Part shown: positions 47,449 to 57,400 of the stretch, piece after piece
Layout: each line of letters starts with the position of its first letter
How positions within the stretch are numbered: position 1 is the stretch's first letter
IMG/VR virus record: IMGVR_UViG_3300031159_000070
Span: 32,001-96,000 of that record
Length of the DNA stretch: 64,000 bases
Source of the DNA: a virus
Reading direction: 5' to 3' (one strand)
Program-made: the position numbers and the translations under genes
Notes under the pieces: model-generated
What the model was told of the DNA's origin: nothing
What the model saw: only the letters and a program-made list of their open reading frames with translations
Databases searched by the model: none

Positions 47449-49974
47449 ATGCCGACGCCGCGAAAGCGCGATGCCTACCGCGCCGATCTGATGCGAGAGA
47501 TGAATGGCGCCGGCCGGACAAGCGCTACCGGCGCGCGCCGCGCCAGCGCCTCGTCGACCCCGCGCGTCTCGAGCCCGCCAGCACCCAGCTTCGACGCCCA
47601 GGCGATAGCTGAGGCTGCTGAACGCAAGCTGGCGCAAAAGCGGGCCCTCGAAACGGTCAATGCCGCGCGTGTGCGGGGGCTCACGGACACCACGCGCTCT
47701 GCACGCGAGATCAAGCGCGCTTCATTCGAAAAGGCTCGACCGCAGGCGCGTGGTGGCGCCGATCGGGTCTGGGTCGAGGGCTTCACGCGCAAAGATGGGA
47801 CCCGGGTCAAGGGCCATTGGCGGACCAATCCGAACCCAGCCGAAGTGGACGATGCGCTGCCGTTTCCGAAGGTCACCGATCCCAAAGCTGCCGAAGCTGG
47901 CATAGAGAACATGCCGCTCACGGGCATGTTCTCGCCGGTGGGCCTGGCACTGATGGGCGCTGCCACCATCAAGAGTGTGCATGATGCCTACAAGGCGATG
48001 AAGGGTGCCTTTGACATTACGCTGGGCCGCGCTCCGGCAACCTATCAGCTTGACAAGGACGGCAAGCTCGTCAGCCGCATTCCGACGGAGATCCAGGCCG
48101 GCGGCATGGCCGCGGCCGGGCTTGCAGCAACCGGCTCGGTGGCCGGCATGGGCAGGGTAGGCGTGAGAAATGCCGTTGGCTCAGGCCCAACTCGCCTTGC
48201 TTCTGGTGTGGCGCCCGACATCAACGAGCTTGGGCTTTACAGCCAGGCCTTGCGCGCAGCGCGCGCGCTGCCACAGGAGAAGGGTACGCCCCAACAGATG
48301 CTGGAGATGCTGAAGCGCGCCGGCGTCAAGGATGATGAGATCAAATGGACTGGGCTCGACAAGTTCCTTCAGCAAAGCGGCAAGCAGGTTACCAAGAAGG
48401 ACATTGTCGAGTTTATCGATGCCAACCGAGTGAGGTTGCGCGAGCGGACATACGGCGGCGGATATAATGCCGAGGAGCTTTTCGTCGACCTTGGCGAAAA
48501 TTTGCGCCGGCTCGGAAGTGGCTGGTATGCGCAGACGCTGAATCATGGAGATTGGATCGTTCGGCCTCTGGGCGGCAACAGATACAAGGCTCGGTCGGAT
48601 CGAGGCATTCAATTAGAGATCGATTTGACGGGTAATCCCACTGTGGAACGCGTGGCGGCAAAAATTGCGGACGCCCTTGAAAAGAGTGGCGGGGGAGAGC
48701 CAGCGCGTTATGCCAAATACTCGTTTGATCCCGATAACCCGACCTATCGAGAGCAGGTTTTGCAGTGGCTGCATCCTGAAGGTATGTCGGTGCAGAGGAC
48801 CCTTCCCGGAGGTCACTTCAGTGTATCTGGCACCGTGGCTCATGTGAGGTCCCTGGTCGATGAGCTTCGCGAGCCTCCTGCTGGCACCAACCTCAAGTCC
48901 GGCGATCGCATTCTTCACATTGAAGAGATCCAGAGCGATGCGGCGCAGGAAGCACGCAAAATTGGGATTAAGCCGACCGGAGAGGAAGGTGAGAAGCTTC
49001 GCGGTGAGTTGAAGCGCGTCGGCAAGGAGCTGTCTCGCGTTACAGACCAAACGGCAGAACTCCACGCCGAGATGGTCAGGTTCACCAGCAAGCATGGCGT
49101 TTCCGGCGGTGATGTTACTGATCTCATTGGGATTGACGTTGACCCCGCGGTGCGTGATCAAGCGTGGGCTTTACTTGAGCGTAACAACCAGCTCATTCAG
49201 CAATACAATCGCTTGAGCCAGGAGTTTCATGCGTTGCAGCAGCTTACGCAGGGTGTCGAGCCGATGCCCTACATCGACTCCACCAACAAATGGGTTGATC
49301 TCGCTCTCAAGACGCAGCTTGTCAGGGCCGCGCGTGATCCTAGTGTTAAGGGGATTTCCCTTATTGCCGGCAAGGATGTTGCGCAGCGCTTTTCCCAAAT
49401 CCGCGTGTTCGATTATGTCGAGTACCAGCCCATTGGCGATAAATTCGAGGTTCGCACGAGAGACGTTTACGGCAACCGACGGAAAGACATTGTGTCATCG
49501 GAGCAATTGCCGGATGTCGTTGGCTCTGAGATTGCCGAGCGCATTCTCCGCGGGGAGGGCGAAAAGCACGGCATGATTCACGAGCTACTTCCTCCATTTG
49601 CTCCGATGATAACGAGGAAGGGTCAGGGTAACATCGCCTTCTACAACAAGATCGTCCCGCAACGCCTGAAAGAGATCGTCCGCAAGATCGATCCGCAGGC
49701 CAAGATCGGCGAGGGCAAGCTCTCTGTCCAGTCGACCGATCAGTCGCCCGTCAAGGTCCTCGAGATGACGGAAAAGATGCGCGAGAAGATCATCCGTGAT
49801 GGTCTCTCCCTCTTCGTCAACCGGCCGGGCGCTGGCGTGCCGGCCCTGCCCCTCATGACGCCGCGCGAGCAGCGCGAAGCCGAGCACCGCGCTGCCTTGC
49901 GTGAAAGCGTGCGCCGTCGCTCTCGCCAACGCCGGGAGTTCTATCGCGCTCTCGCTCGTGGAGATGCCACCTGA
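47449..49974 (+). CDS. Polyvalent-type protein A: shared N-terminal module plus large polyvalent-protein-like C-terminus
   Basis: YSQALRAARALPQEKGT...GVKDDEIKWTGL; HIEEIQSD; N-terminal ~210 aa similar to next gene. Confidence 0.8.
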   Translation: MPTPRKRDAYRADLMREMNGAGRTSATGARRASASSTPRVSSPPAPSFDAQAIAEAAERKLAQKRALETVNAARVRGLTDTTRSAREIKRASFEKARPQARGGADRVWVEGFTRKDGTRVKGHWRTNPNPAEVDDALPFPKVTDPKAAEAGIENMPLTGMFSPVGLALMGAATIKSVHDAYKAMKGAFDITLGRAPATYQLDKDGKLVSRIPTEIQAGGMAAAGLAATGSVAGMGRVGVRNAVGSGPTRLASGVAPDINELGLYSQALRAARALPQEKGTPQQMLEMLKRAGVKDDEIKWTGLDKFLQQSGKQVTKKDIVEFIDANRVRLRERTYGGGYNAEELFVDLGENLRRLGSGWYAQTLNHGDWIVRPLGGNRYKARSDRGIQLEIDLTGNPTVERVAAKIADALEKSGGGEPARYAKYSFDPDNPTYREQVLQWLHPEGMSVQRTLPGGHFSVSGTVAHVRSLVDELREPPAGTNLKSGDRILHIEEIQSDAAQEARKIGIKPTGEEGEKLRGELKRVGKELSRVTDQTAELHAEMVRFTSKHGVSGGDVTDLIGIDVDPAVRDQAWALLERNNQLIQQYNRLSQEFHALQQLTQGVEPMPYIDSTNKWVDLALKTQLVRAARDPSVKGISLIAGKDVAQRFSQIRVFDYVEYQPIGDKFEVRTRDVYGNRRKDIVSSEQLPDVVGSEIAERILRGEGEKHGMIHELLPPFAPMITRKGQGNIAFYNKIVPQRLKEIVRKIDPQAKIGEGKLSVQSTDQSPVKVLEMTEKMREKIIRDGLSLFVNRPGAGVPALPLMTPREQREAEHRAALRESVRRRSRQRREFYRALARGDAT

Positions 49975-51650
49975 TGCCAGAGAATCGCAGCGCCTACGCC
50001 AGGGATCTTCTGCGGTCCATGACTGCCGAGACCCCGAAGACGTCCGTCGTGCGCATTTCCAGTCCACCACGTGCCGAGCTCACCCCCCAAGACTACGTCG
50101 AGGCCGCACGCCGCAAGCGCGCACAGCGCGAGGCGATGGAAGTGCTCAATGCGGCGCGCAGCCGCGGCATCACCCCGGTCATGCGCGAGGCCAAGGACGC
50201 CAAGCGCGAGGCGTTCTCGACCACTGCTATGAACGTCAAGCCGGGACCAACTCGTGTCTGGGTCGAAGGCTTCAGGCGCAAGGACGGCACCCGGGTCGAA
50301 GGTCACTGGCGCACCAACCCCAGCCCGGCAAAGCCGCCTCAGCCCAAGACGCATCCCATGGCGCGGCCGAAGTCCGCTTCAGCGCCCGGCGAGAAAGAGA
50401 TCGCCGATATGTCGCTCATCGACATGGCCTCGCCGACCGGTGCCGTTCTGGTCGGAGCCGCTGCCATCAAGGCGCTCTACGACGGCTACAAGACGGTCAA
50501 GGCTTATACCGACGCCATTCGCGGCAAACGCCCGCTCACCTACACGATCCGCCCGGACGGCACTGTCGCGCCATACTCGGATCAAGCGGCAGAAGCCGGA
50601 AAGGTGCTCGCCGAGATCGCGGTCACAAAAGGCCTGCCAGCAGCCGTGGCGCGCTCTGCAGTACGCGGCATAGCACGCGACCGCCTCAACACCTTCATCG
50701 GCCCGGAAGGTGCGGAAAACCTCGCCAAGGCTGGGCTGCGTCATCCGGATGACTGGGGCGGCATCAACCGGCTCGCTGCCGCCAAGCAAGCCTGGGGCAA
50801 GGGCAAGGGCGATGAAGAGGTCTGGCGCGAGTTCGGCTGGACCAGAGCCAATACCTGGGGGCCGTGGAACCAGGGCGATCAGCCGGCCACAGTCATTGCG
50901 GATAATCGCGTCGCCCTGAAGCCGTTGAGTCCCGGCCAGCATGGCGGATCGCTCAAGGATTTCATTGATGCGGATGAGCTGTTCGTCGCGGAACCCAGGT
51001 CAGCGATGGTGCCAACCGTCGTCACCATCAGGGAAGGGTTGACGCATGGTGGCGCGACACGCCCCTACGAGTCAGGCCAGCCCAAGAAGCCAGAAAAGTG
51101 GCCTCGTATGTCATCGCGGCAGCGGGCGATGTGGCTTGATGCCAATCGGCCGCGCCTTCTTCCACGGGATATCGATGTCACGGCTCCTGTCGCCGATCGC
51201 AATCTGCTGGAAACGCTGATGCACGAGACTCAGCACACCGTGCAGATGTTCCAGAATGTCCCGACCGTTCACATGGAGATGCTGGGGTACATGCTGCATG
51301 GCACCGAGGCACAGCGTTTGCTGGCTTTACGCGTGCGCGATGTCGAGAACCAACTCCTCGCCATCAAGGCTTCGCCGCAACCCGACTGGGAACAGATCTT
51401 CAAGCTGAATGAATTGCTGTCCGACCTGAAATGGCGGATGGACAGATCTGCAACGCACGCGCGCTATCTGGACGTCCCTTGGGAGCGGCAGGCGCGCGAA
51501 GGGCACCTGCGGCGGCGCATGACGCTCGAGGAAAACCGCGAGGTGGTGCCCGGCAAGATGGACGTCTACGCGCCGGAAGCTTTTCCGGGATTGGATTATG
51601 CCGGCACCTGGGGGCTCCCGCCGTCAGCCTTCAGGCCTCCGAAGAAGTAG
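49974..51650 (+). CDS. Polyvalent-type protein B: shared N-terminal module plus LPD23-like segment and HExxH zincin
   Basis: EEVWREFGW; TLMHETQHTVQ...WERQAR; 1-nt overlap with upstream stop. Confidence 0.8.
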   Translation: MPENRSAYARDLLRSMTAETPKTSVVRISSPPRAELTPQDYVEAARRKRAQREAMEVLNAARSRGITPVMREAKDAKREAFSTTAMNVKPGPTRVWVEGFRRKDGTRVEGHWRTNPSPAKPPQPKTHPMARPKSASAPGEKEIADMSLIDMASPTGAVLVGAAAIKALYDGYKTVKAYTDAIRGKRPLTYTIRPDGTVAPYSDQAAEAGKVLAEIAVTKGLPAAVARSAVRGIARDRLNTFIGPEGAENLAKAGLRHPDDWGGINRLAAAKQAWGKGKGDEEVWREFGWTRANTWGPWNQGDQPATVIADNRVALKPLSPGQHGGSLKDFIDADELFVAEPRSAMVPTVVTIREGLTHGGATRPYESGQPKKPEKWPRMSSRQRAMWLDANRPRLLPRDIDVTAPVADRNLLETLMHETQHTVQMFQNVPTVHMEMLGYMLHGTEAQRLLALRVRDVENQLLAIKASPQPDWEQIFKLNELLSDLKWRMDRSATHARYLDVPWERQAREGHLRRRMTLEENREVVPGKMDVYAPEAFPGLDYAGTWGLPPSAFRPPKK

Positions 51651-52056
51651 GGGCGAGCCATGCTGCCCGCCAGGCCTCGTTCCAGCCCGGTGGGCTGATA
51701 TCGTCGTCATCGTCGAAGTCCACCGGTGGATCGGCGATGACCCGGCCTTCGACCCGTCCCACACGACCGAAGCGCCGGCGCATGACAAGGCGTTTGCTTT
51801 CTCCGTCGAGCTCATCACCGATCGTTACCCAGCCGAGCGCGACGGCGCAGTCTAAGCCAATGCCGAGCCCCTGCAGGTCCTCGCCGCGCCGGAAAAAGCG
51901 CTTCACCCCGTTCGGCCACGCGTGCGGAGCAACCGCGCACGTCTGCTCGTCAAGATAAGCCCAGCGCCAGCTCTTCTGCCACCAGACAGCGACCTTGCCG
52001 GCGTAGAGATCGAGGTCCCAGGCACTCGCGCGGACGATGTGTTCGTGAGTGAGCAT
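51631..52056 (-). CDS. Antisense hypothetical protein inside the late operon
   Basis: 141-aa Trp-rich ORF fills the gap between plus-strand genes. Confidence 0.5.
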   Translation of the reverse strand: MLTHEHIVRASAWDLDLYAGKVAVWWQKSWRWAYLDEQTCAVAPHAWPNGVKRFFRRGEDLQGLGIGLDCAVALGWVTIGDELDGESKRLVMRRRFGRVGRVEGRVIADPPVDFDDDDDISPPGWNEAWRAAWLAPTSSEA

Positions 52057-52170
52057 TCCGAGTCTCGTGCGGCAACCAGCCGTTCTTACCGACTTTGCAC
52101 TGAATTTGCCGGACGTCGAGGCGTCCATCAAGGCTGGCTCGATCCTGGTCGGGCCTTCACGGAGATCGTC

Positions 52171-53115
52171 ATGCCTGAAATCACGGACGACAGAACGCGT
52201 TATCGCAAGGCGCTCGTGCACGTGATGGCGGAAGCCGCCCGCGGCGCGACCATCCTGAACGTATGGGCGCCGCCCACCACTCCGCCGCCAGCACGCGTGG
52301 CGCTGGGCGTCCTCGGCGGAGCTGGGATGGGGGGAATTGCAGCCATGGGTGTCATCTGGCGCGGCGCAAGCGGCGAAGAGCTGACGCCGCCGCTGCGCTT
52401 CTCACCTATCGAGCGCATTCTCGGCGAGGCGGCAGCAAGCGGCGGCACCGGCTTCGTCATGGCGGCCGGCATCACCCGCAGCCTCGCCAGATCATCCGTC
52501 ATCGGCGGGCGCATCGCTATGGCGACGGCCGCCGGTGCTGCTGCCGCCGAAACGGTGCGTGCGCTCGATGACGTGATCGCGCGTGGTCGCGTCATGGATG
52601 AAGCGGCCGAAACGCTCCAGGAGTTGAAAGAGAAAACCGAGGAGCGTCTTGACCGAGTCCGTGAACTGATCAACGAGCGCATCGAGGAAATCGCCCCCGA
52701 CATACCGAAATTGCCGGCAATTTCCGAAATGCCGGTCTTCGACTTCATCTCGCGTCAGGTCGCGAAGTTTCGTGAGCGCAAGGCAATCGAAGACAAGAAC
52801 GTGGCCCGCGTCACTGGCAATACCGAGGCCAAGCGCGAAGCCACGGAGAAGGTCCAGAGAGTCTTTGGTCTCGGCCGCGAGATCAAGGGCGCCGAGCTTG
52901 AGGCGCTTCTAGAGGCAAGTGACCGCGCTCGTGAGGTCGCTCGCGCCCTAATGCGCAAAGCCCAGCCAGCCCCGGCGCCAAAGGTGCTGCAGCTCAAGAG
53001 CGAAGTGCCGACGCGAAAGCAGGTCTCAAACGTCAAGGGTTTCTGGCGCACGCGGACGTCGCCCGATGGCCGCAAGATCCGTGAGTACGTTCGCCCGCAT
53101 AGCCGGAAAATTTGA
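52171..53115 (+). CDS. Hypothetical protein C (Gly/Ala hydrophobic hairpin, coiled coil, basic C-terminal motif)
   Basis: GGAG SD; N-terminal RTRYRKAL; C-terminal VKGFWR...DGRKIREYVRPHSR. Confidence 0.75.
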   Translation: MPEITDDRTRYRKALVHVMAEAARGATILNVWAPPTTPPPARVALGVLGGAGMGGIAAMGVIWRGASGEELTPPLRFSPIERILGEAAASGGTGFVMAAGITRSLARSSVIGGRIAMATAAGAAAAETVRALDDVIARGRVMDEAAETLQELKEKTEERLDRVRELINERIEEIAPDIPKLPAISEMPVFDFISRQVAKFRERKAIEDKNVARVTGNTEAKREATEKVQRVFGLGREIKGAELEALLEASDRAREVARALMRKAQPAPAPKVLQLKSEVPTRKQVSNVKGFWRTRTSPDGRKIREYVRPHSRKI

Positions 53116-53138
53116 TCTTCATCAGAAAGGATAAGGTC

Positions 53139-54029
53139 ATGCCAAAGCGTCGGAAGCCTGGTCAGGATCATCGCAGAAGCTATCTCGATATCCTGAAGAG
53201 CGCCGCGCGCAGCGTGCAGAAGGAGATCGACGAGAATCTCGAGGAAGCCAAGCGTTTCGCGCGTCAAGTCGAGACAGAAGCCAAGCGGCGCATCCTGCTC
53301 ACCATCGTGCAGGACAACGGCAACCTGCAGGCCAAGGCGCTGCGATTCGCCGCCGACAAAGCGCCCATCCAGACGTTCGACGTCATCACCACCATGGCCT
53401 TGCGAAATCCCGAGGGTGTTGCATGGTTCCTCTTCGGGCCAGAGGCTGCACAAAAGGTTACCAAAGGGCTGAAGTTCGCCGATGACCTGAAGCGGTCGAT
53501 CCGTGCACAGTTCCCTGGCTCCAAGCGCACTGAGGAGTCGATCAGACGCCAGAAAGAATTGCAGCAGCGGATGCGCGAGCGGGCGAGGGCGCGCGCTGAG
53601 CAGGAGGCGCTCGCCATCAAGCCGAAGCCCGGGGAGCTTGCCGGCGAACGGCTTGAGCGTCTGTTGCGGGAAAGCGATGAGCGCAGAGAGCGCGCCTTGC
53701 GCGAAAGAGGCGAGCTCCCACGGCGAACATCTGACAGCCTGACCACATCTCGCGATGCCAGCGTCGCTTTTGTTCAAGATGCCGTTGCGGTGCAGGCGGC
53801 CAAAAACCGGCAACGTCGTGCGCTCGAGCAGAAGAACGCACTGCGTGTGAGCGGTGCTGACCCGGAAAAGATCCGTGCTGCCAATCAGGCGTTTCGCGAT
53901 GCCATCGCAGCCGTGCGCCGGCAGCGGGAAGATGAGCGGGAAGAGACCAACAGCCGCGGCGACATCAAGGTCAGGAGCTATGTGCGCTCCGACGGCACTC
54001 GCGTGCGCGCCTTCCGCCGGTCGAGGTGA
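53139..54029 (+). CDS. Hypothetical basic coiled-coil protein D
   Basis: N-terminal RRSYLDIL; C-terminal VRSYVRSDGTRVRAFRR. Confidence 0.75.
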   Translation: MPKRRKPGQDHRRSYLDILKSAARSVQKEIDENLEEAKRFARQVETEAKRRILLTIVQDNGNLQAKALRFAADKAPIQTFDVITTMALRNPEGVAWFLFGPEAAQKVTKGLKFADDLKRSIRAQFPGSKRTEESIRRQKELQQRMRERARARAEQEALAIKPKPGELAGERLERLLRESDERRERALRERGELPRRTSDSLTTSRDASVAFVQDAVAVQAAKNRQRRALEQKNALRVSGADPEKIRAANQAFRDAIAAVRRQREDEREETNSRGDIKVRSYVRSDGTRVRAFRRSR

Positions 54030-54032
54030 TTC

Positions 54033-54443
54033 ATGAGCAGCAATATCATCGGCGATGTCGCTCGGCGTGAGAAGCTGCGCAGGGAAATCGAACACGGCGC
54101 CGAAACCCAGCGCCAGCTCGTCAACTCTCTCTCGCCCATCGATCGCGCGCGCCGCGCACGCCTTGATCCTGATGCAGTGAAGGGTCGTTTTCTCGATCGC
54201 TCTGCGCTTTCCGCCTACGGACACCAGGAGCAGCAGGGCAGGGATGATCCGCTGGCGTCCTATGGCCATTCCCATCAGCAGCAGCTCGGAATCGTGAACG
54301 ATCAGGTCGCCGTTCTGAAAAATCGCCTCGCACAGTCCGACGAAGATGCCGAGCGCGCCGAGTGGCAAAAGCAACAGCGCGTTTCGGCGCCCGATCCTGA
54401 GACGATCGATCCGCGGGGGCTTGCAAACCGTAAGGACGCCTGA
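54033..54443 (+). CDS. Hypothetical protein
   Basis: GAGGTG SD; internal LSAYGHQ/LASYGHS repeat. Confidence 0.65.
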   Translation: MSSNIIGDVARREKLRREIEHGAETQRQLVNSLSPIDRARRARLDPDAVKGRFLDRSALSAYGHQEQQGRDDPLASYGHSHQQQLGIVNDQVAVLKNRLAQSDEDAERAEWQKQQRVSAPDPETIDPRGLANRKDA

Positions 54444-54451
54444 GTTCCTGC

Positions 54452-57400
54452 ATGCCGGATACTCGCCTCGACGAGCTCGTCAAGCACCGCATCGGGCTTG
54501 AGAGATACCAGACGAGCATTTTGCGCCAGGTCATCCCTGTGCTGCACGACGCTGAACAGGATCTCGTGCAGATCATTCGCGAGAAGCTGTTCGATCCGCG
54601 TCTTACGCTGTCGGAGGCCCGTCGCCTCGAGACCACGCTGCGCATGGTGCGCAAAGCGCAGCTCGAGGCCTACGAAGTCATCTTCAAGCGACTGTGGAGC
54701 GAGTACCGCGGTCTGTCCGCCCATGAGGCAGACTGGGCGAAAAGCTACTATCGCGATCTGTTCGCCGTCCAGCACAGCATCGAGGTGCCTTCGGCATCCA
54801 TGCTTGTCGCCGCGGCTTTGGAGCGGCCGATGTCCGGCCGCCATCTCAAGGCCTGGGCCGACAAAATGACCGCCGAGCACATTGCCGAGGTCGAGCGGCA
54901 GATCAGGCTTGGCGTCATTGAAGGCGAGTCCATCGATCAGATGGTGCGCCGGCTCCGTGGCACCGAGGCCTTCCGGTTTCGCGATGGCGTGACGGCAAAG
55001 CAAAGGCGCAGTCTCGAGGCTCTGGTCCGCACGTCCGTCAACCACATCACGAACGCAGCGCATCTGAGCTTTCTGCAGCAGAACCCCGAGGTCTTCAAGA
55101 AAGTCCAGTTCGTTGCGGTGCTCGACAACCGCACGACGCCGCGCTGCCGGTCGCTCTCAGGCCAGATCTTCGACGTCGATAAGGCGCCCGTCCCTCCCTT
55201 GCACGTCAACTGCCGTTCGACGCTGGTCGGGCTGCCGACGGCGCCGGACGGCACACCGGCTGCTGAGCCGCTGGCCGATGTCTCATACGAGGAATGGCTT
55301 CGCGAGCAGCCGGTTGCGGTCCAGGAAGATGTGCTGGGCGTCGCCAAGGCCAAGCTCTTCCGCATCGGCGATCTCAAGCTCGATCGCTTTGTCGACCACA
55401 CCGGCAAGGAGCTGACCCTCGATCAGCTGAAGCGTCAGGAGCGTGCCGCCTGGGAGCGTACGTTTCTGACCGCCGAAGATCGCCGCGCAATGTCCGTCAT
55501 CCGACGCGTCAACAGCCTCGTCAACCGCGCGCCAGAGGACCTGAGGCCGCTGGCAGAGATCGGTCAGCGCGCCTGGCAGTTCCTGCGCTTTCATTCCAGT
55601 CAGTGGCTCGAGGCTGTCGCGACCCAATGGAGCCGGCCGGTTGATCCTGAGCTCGTCAGCCTCGTGTTCCTGCTCGATTTCTTCGATGGGCCGGTAACCG
55701 TCCAGCTCTACCGCTCATCGGCGTTCTGGCGCTCGATCATCCGCCGGGGATTGCGGCCGCGGCCGGCTCTTGTCTACCCTCATACCCGCATGCCGCGCGG
55801 GCTCATCGTGCATCCGACCGTGCGGCGTGTGCGCGGCGAGCTGTTCCCGCCGCCAGGTCGCTCACGCTCTCCGGTGCCCGTCGGTCCACGGCCGCGGCCG
55901 GGCGAAGGCATCATCATCGACATCGATCCGACCCGTCCACCGCAGCCACCGACACCCAGGCCGATCGTTCCGCCCCGCCGGCCTGACAGCATCATTATCC
56001 CTCCGGGCCGCAGAGGGCCTGCAACACGACGGCCGCCTGCCGACATGCCGGTGCCACCACCGCGCGCGCCGGTGCCGACGGAGCGCCTGCCGCACGTCAT
56101 GCGCGTCATCCCCGACAAGGGCGCCGAGGCGATCATCCCGAAGATCGCCGATGACGTGCAGTCGCTGCCGCCGCCGAGCCCGGTGCGCGTTCTGCCCTCG
56201 CCACAGCCAAGCCAGCTGCCGGCAAGAGTTCCGGCGCTCACCAACAATCTTCCGGCACCCAAGAATCCGCTGCGCATCACGGTGCCTGAGCTCGAGGCCG
56301 AGCTCGATCGTCTGCTGCCCAAGGAAGGCGCTCGCTTCAATGTCGAGGATGCGTTGCGCAATCTCTGGAACGCGTTCAAGCAGCGCGGGCACGATGGCTT
56401 CGAGATCCTCGACAGCCAAGGCGTGCCGCGGGTCAGGATCGGCATCAACGAGGATCAGCTCACCACGTTTCTCGACCGCTGGCGCGCGGCGCGTGCCGCC
56501 TTCGACCAAGCTCAGCGCCCGCTGCTGCCGGCTCCACCCGCACGTCCTGCGTTGCCCGGGGCAGCACGTGTCGCCGATCGGATCGAGGTGCGGCCGGGTG
56601 CGCAGGCGCCGAATGTCATTCATCTGCCCTATCGCCCGCCACCGCACCCATTGCCGCCCCACGGCGTACCAGGCGATCTTGCGGCTGTGGCCAAGAACCA
56701 GCTTGGCAATGGTATCAGAGCCATCGAGGATCTGCCCAAGCCACGCGCGCGTCGCCGCGTGCCGCTTGCGCCCCGCATTGCCGCGCGCCGCGCGCGCGAG
56801 GCAGAGGCGCGCCGGCTTGTCGCCGAACAGCAGATCCGCGATCTGCTTGCCGAGCTCAATGAGATCAACGCCGGGCTGGAAGGCCTGCGTCCGATCTCAC
56901 GCCAGCTGCAGGCGCGTGCCGACGTGCTGCAACGACTCACCTTGCAGAACAGGCTCGAAACGGACGTCACGGTCTATCGCCCCGTCCGCTGGGCGAACTT
57001 CGCCGAGCGTATGGGCCCGTCTCCGGCGCGACTCGATAAGGTCATCTTCGAGTCTCCGTCGTTCCTGAGCGGCACCGGGAACGAGATCACTGCCTTCGAG
57101 GCAGGTGCTCGCTTCGGCAAAGGGCCGCTTGTCGTCATGCGCATCAACCTCAAGAAGGGCGACGTCGCCCTGGCAGGCAACCGTGAGGCGCATGAGCTGG
57201 TGCTGCCGGCAGGCTCCCGCCTCAAGGTGACGGCGGTGCGCCGCATGCGCGCTTCCGAGATTCCGGCCGATCTGCGCAATCTCTACCCGCAGAACCAGGA
57301 GTTCTGGCTGGCTGACATCGAGATGGTGCGGCCAGGAGATCCGGTCGACCGTGCCATCACGGCCGCCCGCACGACCCAGCAGCGTTACGTCGACCGCATG

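Noticed and set aside
51922-52170. N-terminal extension of the 397-aa track ORF
   Set aside because: A better start at 52171 has a GGAG SD and the shared MP..RxxY motif; the extension overlaps the antisense gene
55770-56260. Pro/Arg-rich stretch in MuF as a frameshift artefact
   Set aside because: The frame stays open and recognisable domains on both sides are in the same frame; treated as a linker
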